From positions 1,896 to 65,895 of the forward strand of contig CALZKB010000045.1 in the NCBI GenBank assembly GCA_945787575.1: a stretch of DNA of 64,000 nt. Reading direction: 5' to 3'. Positions within the stretch are counted from its first letter, which is position 1. Each line of letters begins with the position of its first letter. The notes under the pieces were generated by a model. It was not told the DNA's origin, did no database searches, and worked only from the letters and a program-made list of their open reading frames with translations. Position numbers and translations under genes: made by a program. The DNA is from Thermoanaerobaculia bacterium. Its GTDB lineage: Bacteria > Acidobacteriota > Thermoanaerobaculia > Multivoradales > JAHEKO01. This document shows, in pieces, positions 1-8,890 of the stretch.

Positions 1-214
1 GCGCGAACCGACGTCGACAGCATCGCAGCGCCGCGCGGGGCGCAGTTCGAGGGTGAACTCTGAGGGTGTGCTCATCGGGGACTCTCGTGCTACGCGCGAA
101 GCGGGCGAAGTCTACAACATGAGTTACGAGTCCCCATAGTGTGGGGTTCGTCTGCCTCTCCTACGCCCTCAGAGCCGCTCTGATTCCGTCGAAGTCGCCC
201 GCACGGCCGATGTT

Positions 215-1377
215 ATGCTCGCCGCCGTCATGCGGCGCGAGGCCATAGCGGTTCCGGTGGGCAAGGTGGTGGTCGGAGGAGGCGCCCCGATCGTCGTCCA
301 GTCGATGTCGAACACCGACACCGCCGACGTCGAGGCGACGGTCCGTCAGACTCTCGAGCTGGCGGAGGCCGGCTCCGAGCTCGTGCGGCTCACCGTCAAC
401 GTGCCGGAAGCGGCGCGGGCGGTGCCCGAGATCAAGCAGCGGGTCCTCGATGCCGGTTGCGAGGTGCCGATCATCGGCGACTTTCATTACAACGGTCACC
501 GGCTGCTCGCCGACTTCCCCGACTGTGCCAAGGCACTCGACAACCGGTCCGGATCGGCGTCAACGCCGGCTCGCTCGATCAGGAGCTGGTGATGGCCAAG
601 ATGCAGGAGAACACAGACCGCGATCTCGGGCGGACGTCCGAGGAGATCATGAACGAGTGCATGATCCTCTCGGCACTCGAGTCGACCGATCTCGCCAAGG
701 AGACCGGCCTCGGAGAAGACAAGATCATCATCTCTTGCAAGGTCTCGCGCCCGGCCGATCTGATCGCCACCTACCGGGTGCTCGCCGAGAAAACGTCGCA
801 GCCGCTCCATCTCGGGCTGACCGAAGCGGGGATGGGGATCAAGGGCCTGGTGTGGTCGGCTTCGGCGATGGGCGTCCTGCTCGAGGAAGGGATCGGCGAC
901 ACCATCCGGATCTCGCTCACCCCGCGGCCCGGCGGCGACCGGCGAGAGGAGGTCTACGCCTGTATCGAGTTACTGCAGTCATTGGGACTACGAGCCTTCA
1001 TGCCGAGCATCACGGCCTGCCCTGGTTGCGGAAGAACGACCAGCACGACATTTCAGGAGCTGGCCGAGAGAATCGAGGCGTATGTTCGCGAGCAGATGCC
1101 GGTCTGGAAGAAGAGGTACGAGGGGGTCGAGACGATGACCGTGGCAGTCATGGGTTGCGTCGTCAACGGCCCCGGTGAGTCGAAGGCCGCCAACATCGGG
1201 ATCAGCCTGCCCGGAACCGGCGAGGAGCCGCTCTGCCCGGTGTTCATCGACGGCAAGCAGTTCACCTCTCTGAAAGGGAGCTACGACGAGCTCGCGGCCG
1301 GATTTCGGTCCATCATCGACGATTACATCGCCACCAAGTACGCCGCCAGAGAGGCCGGCGAGCTCACTCCCGCCTGA
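215..1377 (+). pseudogene. ispG: 4-hydroxy-3-methylbut-2-enyl diphosphate synthase (IspG/GcpE), disrupted. N-terminal part in frame 215..592, remainder in frame 457..1377.
   Basis: N-terminal frame shows [15 protein letters not shown] and [23 protein letters not shown]. Second frame shows [22 protein letters not shown] and the C-terminal CPGCGRT cluster. The ~30 residues that normally lie between ALDK and [10 protein letters not shown] (RINPGN region) are absent and the frame shifts by one. Confidence 0.7.
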
Positions 1378-1387
1378 GAGGCTTCAC

Positions 1388-1891
1388 ATGAGCGTAACTT
1401 CCGAGGCCTACCGCGACGCCTTGCGGCATTTCCCTTCCGGGGTGACGATCGTCACCATCAAGGCCGGCGAGCATCAGCACGGACTCACGGTCTCGGCCTT
1501 CGCGTCGGTGTCACCCGATCCACCACTGATCTGCGTGATGATCGACCATCGCCACAGTGCCTATGACCTGCTCGAGACCGAAGGAGCGGTCTTCGCCGTG
1601 AACATCCTCGCCGAAGGACAGGAAGAGCTCTCCAACCGCTTCGCCTGGGTCAAGACCGAAGATCGCTTTGCCGAAGGCAGCTGGACGACCGCGGCGACCG
1701 GAGCTCCGGTCCTCGAGGACGCCCTCGCCTGGCTCGACTGCACGATCTACACCCGCCACCGCGCGGGTACTCACACGATCTACGTCGGCGAAGTGCAGGC
1801 CGCCCAGAGTCCCCACCCCGACGATCAGCCGCTGGTCTACTGGAACCGCGGCTATCGTCGGCTGGTGGAAGGCGCGCCACCGGACGGCTAG
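1388..1891 (+). CDS. flavin reductase family protein (HpaC-like, FMN-binding)
   Basis: 167 aa. Motif HGLTVSAFASVSPDPPLICV is typical of the flavin reductase domain. Begins 11 nt after ispG. Confidence 0.7.
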   Translation: MSVTSEAYRDALRHFPSGVTIVTIKAGEHQHGLTVSAFASVSPDPPLICVMIDHRHSAYDLLETEGAVFAVNILAEGQEELSNRFAWVKTEDRFAEGSWTTAATGAPVLEDALAWLDCTIYTRHRAGTHTIYVGEVQAAQSPHPDDQPLVYWNRGYRRLVEGAPPDG

Positions 1892-1919
1892 CAGCCCGTG
1901 GCTGCGACGATCACGCCGA

Positions 1920-3167
1920 TCAGGGTCCCGCGGCGACCTCTCCCTCTTGCCACGCCGCCGCCGCCGCTACGCCGGCATCGGCGTCGACCCAGCGCAGACC
2001 GACGAAGCCGACCACGAAGGCGGCCGTAGCGGCCAGCACCGCGATTCGCTGCGAGCCGCTCCACGCCGAGACGGCGCCGAAGAGCACCGGGCCGAGCGCG
2101 TAGGCGGCGCGCAGCGAGAGTCCCCAGAAGCCGAAGAACTCACCACTCTTCGAGGGTGGCGAGAACATCGCGATCACCCCTCGCGAAGTCGCCTGCAGCG
2201 AGCCGATGCCGACGCCGGCGAGGAGTCCGATGACGAGAAACTGGAGCTTGGTCTGGCAGGCGGCCGAAGCGAGGCCGACGACGATCCAGTTGCCGAGCGA
2301 AAGCTGGAGCGCTCGCCGGGAGCCCACACGGTCTTGGAGCCACCCGAAGAGCACCGCGCCGGCCGCCGAGGTCAGCTGCAGGATGAGAAACAGCGCGACC
2401 AGTTCGTTAGCGGTGAATCCGAGAGTAGTGCGGGCGAAGATGCCGCTGAAGGCGATCGCGATCGTGAATCCGAGCGAGTAGACGAAGAAGACGACGAGAA
2501 ACCGTGCGAGCTGCCGAAAGTGAGAAATCGAGTGGCCGGTCGTGATCACCCGCTCGACCCCTTGTCTCGCATAGCTTCGAAAGCCCTTCCAGGCGGTTCG
2601 CGGGGCACGCTCGCGGAGCCAGATGAAGGTCGGAAGGGCGGCGATGAGGAAAAAGGCCGCGGTCGCCGGCCAGATCAGCCGTACCCGGTCGGCGTGACCC
2701 GCGTCGAGGCCGGCGCTCATCAATGGTCGCACGAGGAGCAGCGACGCGAGTCCTCCGAAATAGCCGAGCCCCCAGCCGAAGCCGGAGATTCGTCCCACCG
2801 TCTCGGGGGTCGAGATCTCGGGCAGGAACGCCGCGATCAGGTTCTCGCCGAGGGCGAAGGCGACGTTGGAGACGACGAAGAGCGCCATGGCGAGTGCCAC
2901 GCGACCGGGCAGCACGAAGTAGAGGGCGGCCGTCGCCGCCACGCAGAGCGCGTAGGTTGCTCCGAGAAGAGGCTTCTTGCGGCCGGCATCGTCGGCCGCG
3001 GCGCCGACGAGCGGCGCCACGAGCAGCTGAGCACCGGGAACGATCGCCGAGGTGAAGTAGACGCTGAACGCCACCGTGACGATGACGGTCGTGTAGCTCG
3101 AGTTCGCGAAGTCGAACATCGCCCAGGCGAGAATCTCGCGCCGCCGCACGCGCTCTCCTGGAGGCAT
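1920..3167 (-). CDS. MFS transporter
   Basis: 415 aa, about 12 hydrophobic helices, Gly/Ala-rich TM segments, charged cytoplasmic loop motifs. Confidence 0.6.
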   Translation of the reverse strand: MPPGERVRRREILAWAMFDFANSSYTTVIVTVAFSVYFTSAIVPGAQLLVAPLVGAAADDAGRKKPLLGATYALCVAATAALYFVLPGRVALAMALFVVSNVAFALGENLIAAFLPEISTPETVGRISGFGWGLGYFGGLASLLLVRPLMSAGLDAGHADRVRLIWPATAAFFLIAALPTFIWLRERAPRTAWKGFRSYARQGVERVITTGHSISHFRQLARFLVVFFVYSLGFTIAIAFSGIFARTTLGFTANELVALFLILQLTSAAGAVLFGWLQDRVGSRRALQLSLGNWIVVGLASAACQTKLQFLVIGLLAGVGIGSLQATSRGVIAMFSPPSKSGEFFGFWGLSLRAAYALGPVLFGAVSAWSGSQRIAVLAATAAFVVGFVGLRWVDADAGVAAAAAWQEGEVAAGP

Positions 3168-3221
3168 GGAGGCAGTGTACAGGAGTAGAATCCCGCGCCG
3201 ACGAGGAGGCTACGCCCGGCG

Positions 3222-4373
3222 ATGGACGAATCAAGCTCGCAGCGCACGACTTGGAGGCAGGCGCTTTTCCTGGTCACCGTCTCGGTCGTGCTCGTGCTGT
3301 TTCTGGCGGAGAGCGCCCTGCGATGGCACTACTGGCGCAAGGGGATCGGCCGGGGCGACGTCCGGGAGATTCTCCTTCGCTCGCAACGCGCCGGTCAGGA
3401 GGAGCTGGGGGGTGGCTCCGGCCTCTTTGGTGTCCTCGAGCCGAGTGAGGTCACCGACTTGGTCTACCAGCTGAAACCACACCTCGGATCGACGTTCCTG
3501 GGCGCCAGGCTCGAGACCAATCGGTTCGGACTGAGAGGACCCGAGATCGACGAGAAGAAGCCACCGGGCACGGTACGGGTGGTGGGGATCGGCGACTCCC
3601 ACATGTTCGGCTGGGCGATGGAGCAGGGGGACGAGTACCTGCGCCTGCTCGAGCGCGAGCTCAACGTTCACGCCGTCCCGGGTACGACCTTCGAAGTGCT
3701 CAATTTCGGGACGCCGGGCTACAACACCGTCATGGAGGTGGCGACGTTCGAGCATCGCGCCCTCGGCTTCGAACCGGATGTCGTGATCGTCCACTGGGTC
3801 GGTAACGACTTCGACCCCCCTCACTTCCTCGAAGAGCCGCGAGGATTCGAGCCGTCTCGGTGGTACCTGCTGGAGACCGTCGCCGGTCTCTTCGGTGACG
3901 TGGAGGACGAATTCGACGTCGGAGACGGCAGTGAGCCGGAGCCGAAGGAGACTCTCTCCGCCTCCCGTCGGCGCTATCGGCACCTGGCGGGGGCCGGAGC
4001 CGTCGGCACCGCCATGCGGCGGCTCGCTCTGCTCGCGAGCGAGCGGGATCTGCCGGTGCTCTTCATGATCTTCGGCGAGAGCTCGGGACCGCGCCGTCGG
4101 GCCCGTGATGCCGCGCTCGAGGCCGGCTTCTGGTTCTTCAACCCTTCGCCCTACTTCCTTCGGGCGCTGGATCGGCTCGGTGTCGAGCCCAGCAGGAAGG
4201 CCGTCCAGCGCACTTTCAGCCGCAGCGATCAGCATCCCACGAGGGCGGGCCACCAGGTTTACGCCGAAGCGCTTCGTTGCGAACTGGGGCACCTCGATCT
4301 CGGCGGTCTCGAGCGCACCGTAGTCGACGGGTGCCTCGAACTTCTGAGCCGCAGTGGAGGCGGTCCTCGATAG
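3222..4373 (+). CDS. SGNH/GDSL-family hydrolase with N-terminal TM anchor
   Basis: N-terminal TM helix; block VRVVGIGDSHMFGW (GDSx motif); later GTPGYNT block. Confidence 0.55.
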   Translation: MDESSSQRTTWRQALFLVTVSVVLVLFLAESALRWHYWRKGIGRGDVREILLRSQRAGQEELGGGSGLFGVLEPSEVTDLVYQLKPHLGSTFLGARLETNRFGLRGPEIDEKKPPGTVRVVGIGDSHMFGWAMEQGDEYLRLLERELNVHAVPGTTFEVLNFGTPGYNTVMEVATFEHRALGFEPDVVIVHWVGNDFDPPHFLEEPRGFEPSRWYLLETVAGLFGDVEDEFDVGDGSEPEPKETLSASRRRYRHLAGAGAVGTAMRRLALLASERDLPVLFMIFGESSGPRRRARDAALEAGFWFFNPSPYFLRALDRLGVEPSRKAVQRTFSRSDQHPTRAGHQVYAEALRCELGHLDLGGLERTVVDGCLELLSRSGGGPR

Positions 4374-4397
4374 CGACCGCTCTGCCTCGGAACTTTC

Positions 4398-4434
4398 CGG
4401 GCACTCGGCTCCGGGCACTCGGCTCCGGGCACCA
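4398..4434. repeat. 14-bp tandem repeat ccgggcactcggct x2.6
   Basis: Directly visible: ccgggcactcggct ccgggcactcggct ccgggcacc, in the intergenic region between the SGNH gene and the VWA gene. Confidence 0.8.
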
Positions 4435-4498
4435 GAACGGGTGCAGGCTCCGGGAGGGAATGTCCGTATACTGGAGTCCGTTGCTTAGGATCCCCGTG

Positions 4499-7477
4499 AT
4501 GGCGATCGCTGACCGCAAATTTCCGACCCGGCTCGCCCTCTCGCTGCTGTGGTGGCTGTCCATTGCTGGCCAGGGGGCCGCTTCGGCCCAGCCGCAGGGG
4601 GATTCCCAGGATGCCCCCGCGGAGCTCCCGATCGCCATCGCCGTGCCGCGCGAGAGGATCGACGGAGTGGAAGTGCTGACCGATGGGCGACCGCTCGATT
4701 ACCGAGTCCTCGAGCCCGTTCCCTGGCAGGTCGCTCTCTACTTCGACCAATTGCTCTCCGACCCGGTCGCGCTGCGCAATGCCGCGATCCTGCTCGGCGA
4801 GCGCGCGGAGAGACTCACCTCCCTCGGTCCGGTCGAGATCCTCCTGGGCGGGCAGACGGTGAGGGCATCGCTGCCCCCCTCGAAGGACGCCGACGTCGTC
4901 TCGGAAGCGCTCGCCTGGCTCCGCTTGCGCGAGTCCAGCGTGGACGCTCAGACGACCATTCGACGGCGCTTCGTCGAGACGATGGAAGGGGAGGCGACGA
5001 CCGAGGAGCTCGAACAGTCGATCGCGGAGAGCCTCCGGCTCGAGACTGAAGCGCTTCGAGTCCAACGTGAAGGTCTGCTCCTGTGGGCGACGGGCGAGCG
5101 CCGGCCGGGCCCGCGGCTGCTGGTGCTCGCGGGATCGGGCCACGACGCCGATGCGGCCGCCTTCTACCGGTCGTGGCTCGCCCAAGCCGGGCGGACGGGG
5201 GTCGAAGTGCCCGACGTCGAGATTCGACCCACCCTGTCGGAGGTGGGGAAGTCCCTCGCGGTCACCGGCTGGACCGTCGTCGCCTTCGCTCCTGAGAGCG
5301 ACGTCGATGCGCTGCTGGTCGGACCGGAGCAGGAGGCGGCGCCTGAGCAGGTCGAGACCCCGGATGGTCGAGTGGTGCAACGATCAGTGATCGGGTTCGA
5401 TCCTCGCAAGGTGCTGCGACGAAAGGCGGGCGGCGAAGGAGCGGACGCTTCGCCTCCATTGCGCCTCGATCCCGGCAGCGGGCTCACGGCTCTCGCAGGC
5501 GCGACGGCCGGGGCGGTCGTCTCCGATCCCGCGGTGCTCGACGGGAGGCTCGAGGAGATGAAGTGGCGCTCGCTTCTCGCCGTGCGGACGCCGACGCTGG
5601 CCGAGCCCCTTCCGATCGAGGTGAGGGCCCGCGGCCTCGCGGAGGCGGTCGCGGCCCCGCGGTGGATCGGCTACGGCGCTCCCGCTGCCCTCAGCGCGGC
5701 CCGTGCCCGTTACCTCGCCTCGTCCGGAGAGACGGCGGATGGCGATCTAGAGGTGGCGGCGCTGGTGACGGCGGGTCCGCCGCAACGCCTCGCAGTGGAG
5801 CTCTCGAGCGCCGGCGGCGATTCCGAGCTCCGCCCGCCGCTGCGCTTGACCGTCGCGCGCGCGGGCGACGAGGGTACGACGATCGTCGTGCAGCGCGTCC
5901 TCGATGGCGAAGATCTGGTCGACGGTCGTGTCGATCTTGAACTCGCCGGCGACGCCGGGGGCGATCCCGCGGAGACGCCGGTCATCGTCGTCGTCGATGA
6001 GCTCGCCGGTAATCGTTGGGGCGGGACGTTCGCGGGGTTTACCGCCGTCGCCGCGGACTCGAGCAGCCTCGACGGCTCGACTCTCCTCGACCTCCCCGAG
6101 TCAGCGGCCGTGCGGCTGCTCACCCCGCAGGAGACCCTGCTCGTCGGTCGAGTCCGCTTCGCGGCGGTCCTCTCGGACGCGAGAGTCGCTCAGGTCGACT
6201 TCCTGCTCGACGGATCGCCGGAGGCCGTCCGTCGAACCCCGCCCTACGAGGCGAACCTCGACCTTGGCGAACTGCCCCGGGCCCGGCGCGTCGAGGTGGT
6301 GGCCCGCGACAGCCGTGGCGAGGAGATCGGCCGCGACTCCGTCCGCATCAACTCCGGCAACAGCGAACTGTCGATCGCCCTTCGGGCGCCGGACGCCGAC
6401 GAGACCGGTAGCGGGGGCGTCCGAGCCGACGAGGAGCTGTGGGTGGAAGCCGTCATCGACCGGCCGCAGACCTCCGGCATCGCTCGAGTCGAGTTCTTCT
6501 GGATCGACCGCCCGATCGGAACGCTCTTCGCTCCACCGTACCGGCAGCGGGTCGACCTCCGCGTCAACAGCGGCCGCGGCTTCGTGCGCGCCGTGGTCAC
6601 GCTGAGCGACGGCTCGTCCGCCGAAGATGTCCTCTTCGTCAACAGCGCCGGCTCGGGCGACCGCCTCCAGGTGACGCTCGTCGAGCTGTTGGCGGTCGTC
6701 ACCGGTCCCGACGGCCGGCCGGTCGCCGACCTCCTTGAGGACGTCTTCGAGGTTCGCGAGGAAGGTGAGCCGCAGTCGATCACCGTCTTCAACAGCGCCG
6801 ATGACATGCCTCTTACGGTCGGACTCGCCGTCGACTCATCGGCGTCGATGTTCATCAAGTTGCCGAAGGTACAGCTTGCAGCCATGGACTTTCTGCGTAG
6901 CCTCGTGACCGAGCGTGACCGGGGATTCGTCATCGGGTTCGGGCGGGAGCCGAACCTGCTGGCGTCCGTCACCAGCGACGTGGCGCGCCTCGTTCGAGGG
7001 GTCGAGACGATGCGGCCGGAAGGGTTCACCTCGATCTGGAAGGGCATCGTCTATTCGCTCGTCCAGCTCCAGGGGACGCCGGGCAAGAAAGCTCTGGTCG
7101 TGTACAGCGACGGCGCCGACGAGGATCCTGAATTCTCGTACCGGATCGCGCGGCGGTTCGCGCGAGTGGTCGGAGTTCCGATCTACGTGATCTTGTCGAA
7201 CAACGAGATCGTCCGCACCGAGGGGCGTGGTCTCAACGTCCGAGGTTTCCTGAAACGTCTCGACGACCTCGTGAGCGACGTCGGCGGTCGCGTCTACTTC
7301 ACCCGTGTCGGCGAGGACCTGGAGAACATCTACGCCGAGATCGCAGAGGAGCTCCGCAGCCAGTACGTGCTCGGCTATTACGGTGAACAGGACGCCGAGG
7401 AGGGCTGGCGCAAGATCGAGGTCGACGTCTCGATTCCGGGGCTGAAGGTGAGGGCGGCCCGCGGACGATACCCTTGA
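4499..7477 (+). CDS. large secreted protein with C-terminal von Willebrand factor A domain (Acidobacteria-type VWFA-related family)
   Basis: ATG at 4499 with AGGA 8 nt upstream. Signal-like N-terminus MAIADRKFPTRLALSLLWWLSIAGQGAASAQ. C-terminus has the VWA block LTVGLAVDSSASM...VVYSDGADE and the tail ELRSQYVLGYY, shared with the paralog at 35072..36235. Confidence 0.65.
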   Translation: MAIADRKFPTRLALSLLWWLSIAGQGAASAQPQGDSQDAPAELPIAIAVPRERIDGVEVLTDGRPLDYRVLEPVPWQVALYFDQLLSDPVALRNAAILLGERAERLTSLGPVEILLGGQTVRASLPPSKDADVVSEALAWLRLRESSVDAQTTIRRRFVETMEGEATTEELEQSIAESLRLETEALRVQREGLLLWATGERRPGPRLLVLAGSGHDADAAAFYRSWLAQAGRTGVEVPDVEIRPTLSEVGKSLAVTGWTVVAFAPESDVDALLVGPEQEAAPEQVETPDGRVVQRSVIGFDPRKVLRRKAGGEGADASPPLRLDPGSGLTALAGATAGAVVSDPAVLDGRLEEMKWRSLLAVRTPTLAEPLPIEVRARGLAEAVAAPRWIGYGAPAALSAARARYLASSGETADGDLEVAALVTAGPPQRLAVELSSAGGDSELRPPLRLTVARAGDEGTTIVVQRVLDGEDLVDGRVDLELAGDAGGDPAETPVIVVVDELAGNRWGGTFAGFTAVAADSSSLDGSTLLDLPESAAVRLLTPQETLLVGRVRFAAVLSDARVAQVDFLLDGSPEAVRRTPPYEANLDLGELPRARRVEVVARDSRGEEIGRDSVRINSGNSELSIALRAPDADETGSGGVRADEELWVEAVIDRPQTSGIARVEFFWIDRPIGTLFAPPYRQRVDLRVNSGRGFVRAVVTLSDGSSAEDVLFVNSAGSGDRLQVTLVELLAVVTGPDGRPVADLLEDVFEVREEGEPQSITVFNSADDMPLTVGLAVDSSASMFIKLPKVQLAAMDFLRSLVTERDRGFVIGFGREPNLLASVTSDVARLVRGVETMRPEGFTSIWKGIVYSLVQLQGTPGKKALVVYSDGADEDPEFSYRIARRFARVVGVPIYVILSNNEIVRTEGRGLNVRGFLKRLDDLVSDVGGRVYFTRVGEDLENIYAEIAEELRSQYVLGYYGEQDAEEGWRKIEVDVSIPGLKVRAARGRYP

Positions 7478-8187
7478 GGCGATCGGGGCCGCCGCCTGCC
7501 GCAGAGATCGAGGTGAGGAGCGTGAGAAGGAAAGCCGATCGCAAGATCCGACTCCCGTCTGGCGAGTCCGCTCTGATCGTCGGAGTCGTGCTCCTCCTGG
7601 CCGCCCCACCCGTCGCGGCCGGCGGCAAGGAGGAGGGGCTGGCGAGGATGGCCGGTATCTGGCAGCTCGACACGCGGGCGAGCGATGATCCGCGCCGGAC
7701 GCTCGACGAGGCGCGCCGCGATGCCGAAGCGCGCAACAGTGCCAAAGGTCGGACCGGGCGCCGGCGGCCGGAGGATGCGCCTCGAGATCGAGAGGGCGCG
7801 ATGGTCCTCGACGATCTTCGAGAACGGACGAAACGGTGGCTCGATGGTGGACAAGTGCTCACCGTGGACGTCGACGGCCACGTCGTGACGATCACGGATT
7901 GGCGTGATCGCCAGCGTTCGCTTCAGGTCGACGGCAAGAGGGTTCCCGTGGAGATCGATGGCGCACCGGCGGTGGCGGAAGCCTCCTGGCGGAGCAGCGA
8001 CCGGCTCGTCGTCAAGACGACGGGAGGGCCTGGTGGCAAGTCGGTCGAGATCTACGAGCTCGGCAATCGCGGGCAGACGCTATTCCTAACGGTGGAGCTC
8101 GAAATCAAGGGCTGGGGGCAGCCGTTCGCCTTCGACCGCGTGTACCACCGTGTCGAGAGTGGCGGACCGAGCGTCGAGCCGCGGTAG
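7474..8187 (+). CDS. hypothetical secreted protein
   Basis: ATGA overlap with the upstream VWA gene. Hydrophobic signal segment LIVGVVLLLAAPPVAAGG. An alternative GTG start lies at 7522. No family recognised. Confidence 0.45.
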   Translation: MRRSGPPPAAEIEVRSVRRKADRKIRLPSGESALIVGVVLLLAAPPVAAGGKEEGLARMAGIWQLDTRASDDPRRTLDEARRDAEARNSAKGRTGRRRPEDAPRDREGAMVLDDLRERTKRWLDGGQVLTVDVDGHVVTITDWRDRQRSLQVDGKRVPVEIDGAPAVAEASWRSSDRLVVKTTGGPGGKSVEIYELGNRGQTLFLTVELEIKGWGQPFAFDRVYHRVESGGPSVEPR

Positions 8188-8196
8188 ACTCCCGGC

Positions 8197-8574
8197 ATGC
8201 ATCGCGGTGCCATTCTCCTGAGTCTGGCCGTCGGTGCGGTGGTCGCCGCAGCCATTGCGGCCGGGTGTTCCGGCTCTCCGTCGAGCCCGCAAGCGACCGA
8301 GTCCGCGGAGAGCACCGCCGCGATTGCCTGCACGTCATTGAGTGAGCTCGCTTGCATCGACTCGCCCGAGTGCACGCTGTCGCTGGTCGAGGGCGGAAGG
8401 TACACCTGCGGCGAGCCGGTGAGTGAATGCGAGATCGGTTTCATTCAGCATAACGCCAGTGCCGAACGGTGCGCCGAGGGCTGCACCTTCGTTCCGGCAA
8501 AATGCTACTGCGCGCCGGACGTGACCTGCATCTGCGGCGGAGGCCCTCCCGCGCAATGCGTCGCGGCCGGCTGA
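8197..8574 (+). CDS. small cysteine-rich lipoprotein (14 Cys in ~100-aa mature part)
   Basis: Signal peptide with lipobox-like IAAGCSG, then ACTSLSELACIDSPECTL...CGEPVSECEIG...CAEGCTFVPAKCYCAPDVTCICGGG. Confidence 0.5.
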   Translation: MHRGAILLSLAVGAVVAAAIAAGCSGSPSSPQATESAESTAAIACTSLSELACIDSPECTLSLVEGGRYTCGEPVSECEIGFIQHNASAERCAEGCTFVPAKCYCAPDVTCICGGGPPAQCVAAG

Positions 8575-8594
8575 GGTCCCTCCAGGAGGCAGCC

Positions 8595-8861
8595 ATGTGC
8601 CGCAATATCAGGACGCTGTACAACTTCGAGCCGGCGGCCACGAGCGACGAAGTGAACGCCGCAGCCCTGCAGTTCGTTCGCAAGATCAGCGGATTCACCA
8701 AGCCGTCCAAGGTCAACGAGGCCGCCTTCGACAACGCGGTCTCGGGAGTGGCGGCGGTCGCTGCCGAGCTGCTCGAAACGTTGGTCACGGCCGCGCCGCC
8801 GAAGAACCGAGAGGTCGAGGCCGCCAAGGCGAGGGCTCGAGCGACCAGCCGCTTCGGATAA
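8595..8861 (+). CDS. DUF2277 family small protein
   Basis: MCRNIRTLYNFEPAATSDEVNAAALQFVRKISGFTKPSKVNEAAF matches the DUF2277 N-terminus as I recall it. GGAGG RBS 6 nt upstream of the ATG. Confidence 0.6.
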   Translation: MCRNIRTLYNFEPAATSDEVNAAALQFVRKISGFTKPSKVNEAAFDNAVSGVAAVAAELLETLVTAAPPKNREVEAAKARARATSRFG

Positions 8862-8890
8862 CGGGGCCTGTCGGTGTGAGCTCGGGCCCG

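Noticed and set aside
161-499. 112-aa ORF antisense to ispG
   Set aside because: Overlaps the conserved ispG N-terminal coding frame; no features; spurious.
1668-3188. 506-aa ORF on + strand
   Set aside because: Arg/Pro/Gly-rich low-complexity translation, antisense to a well-supported MFS transporter gene; typical high-GC shadow ORF.
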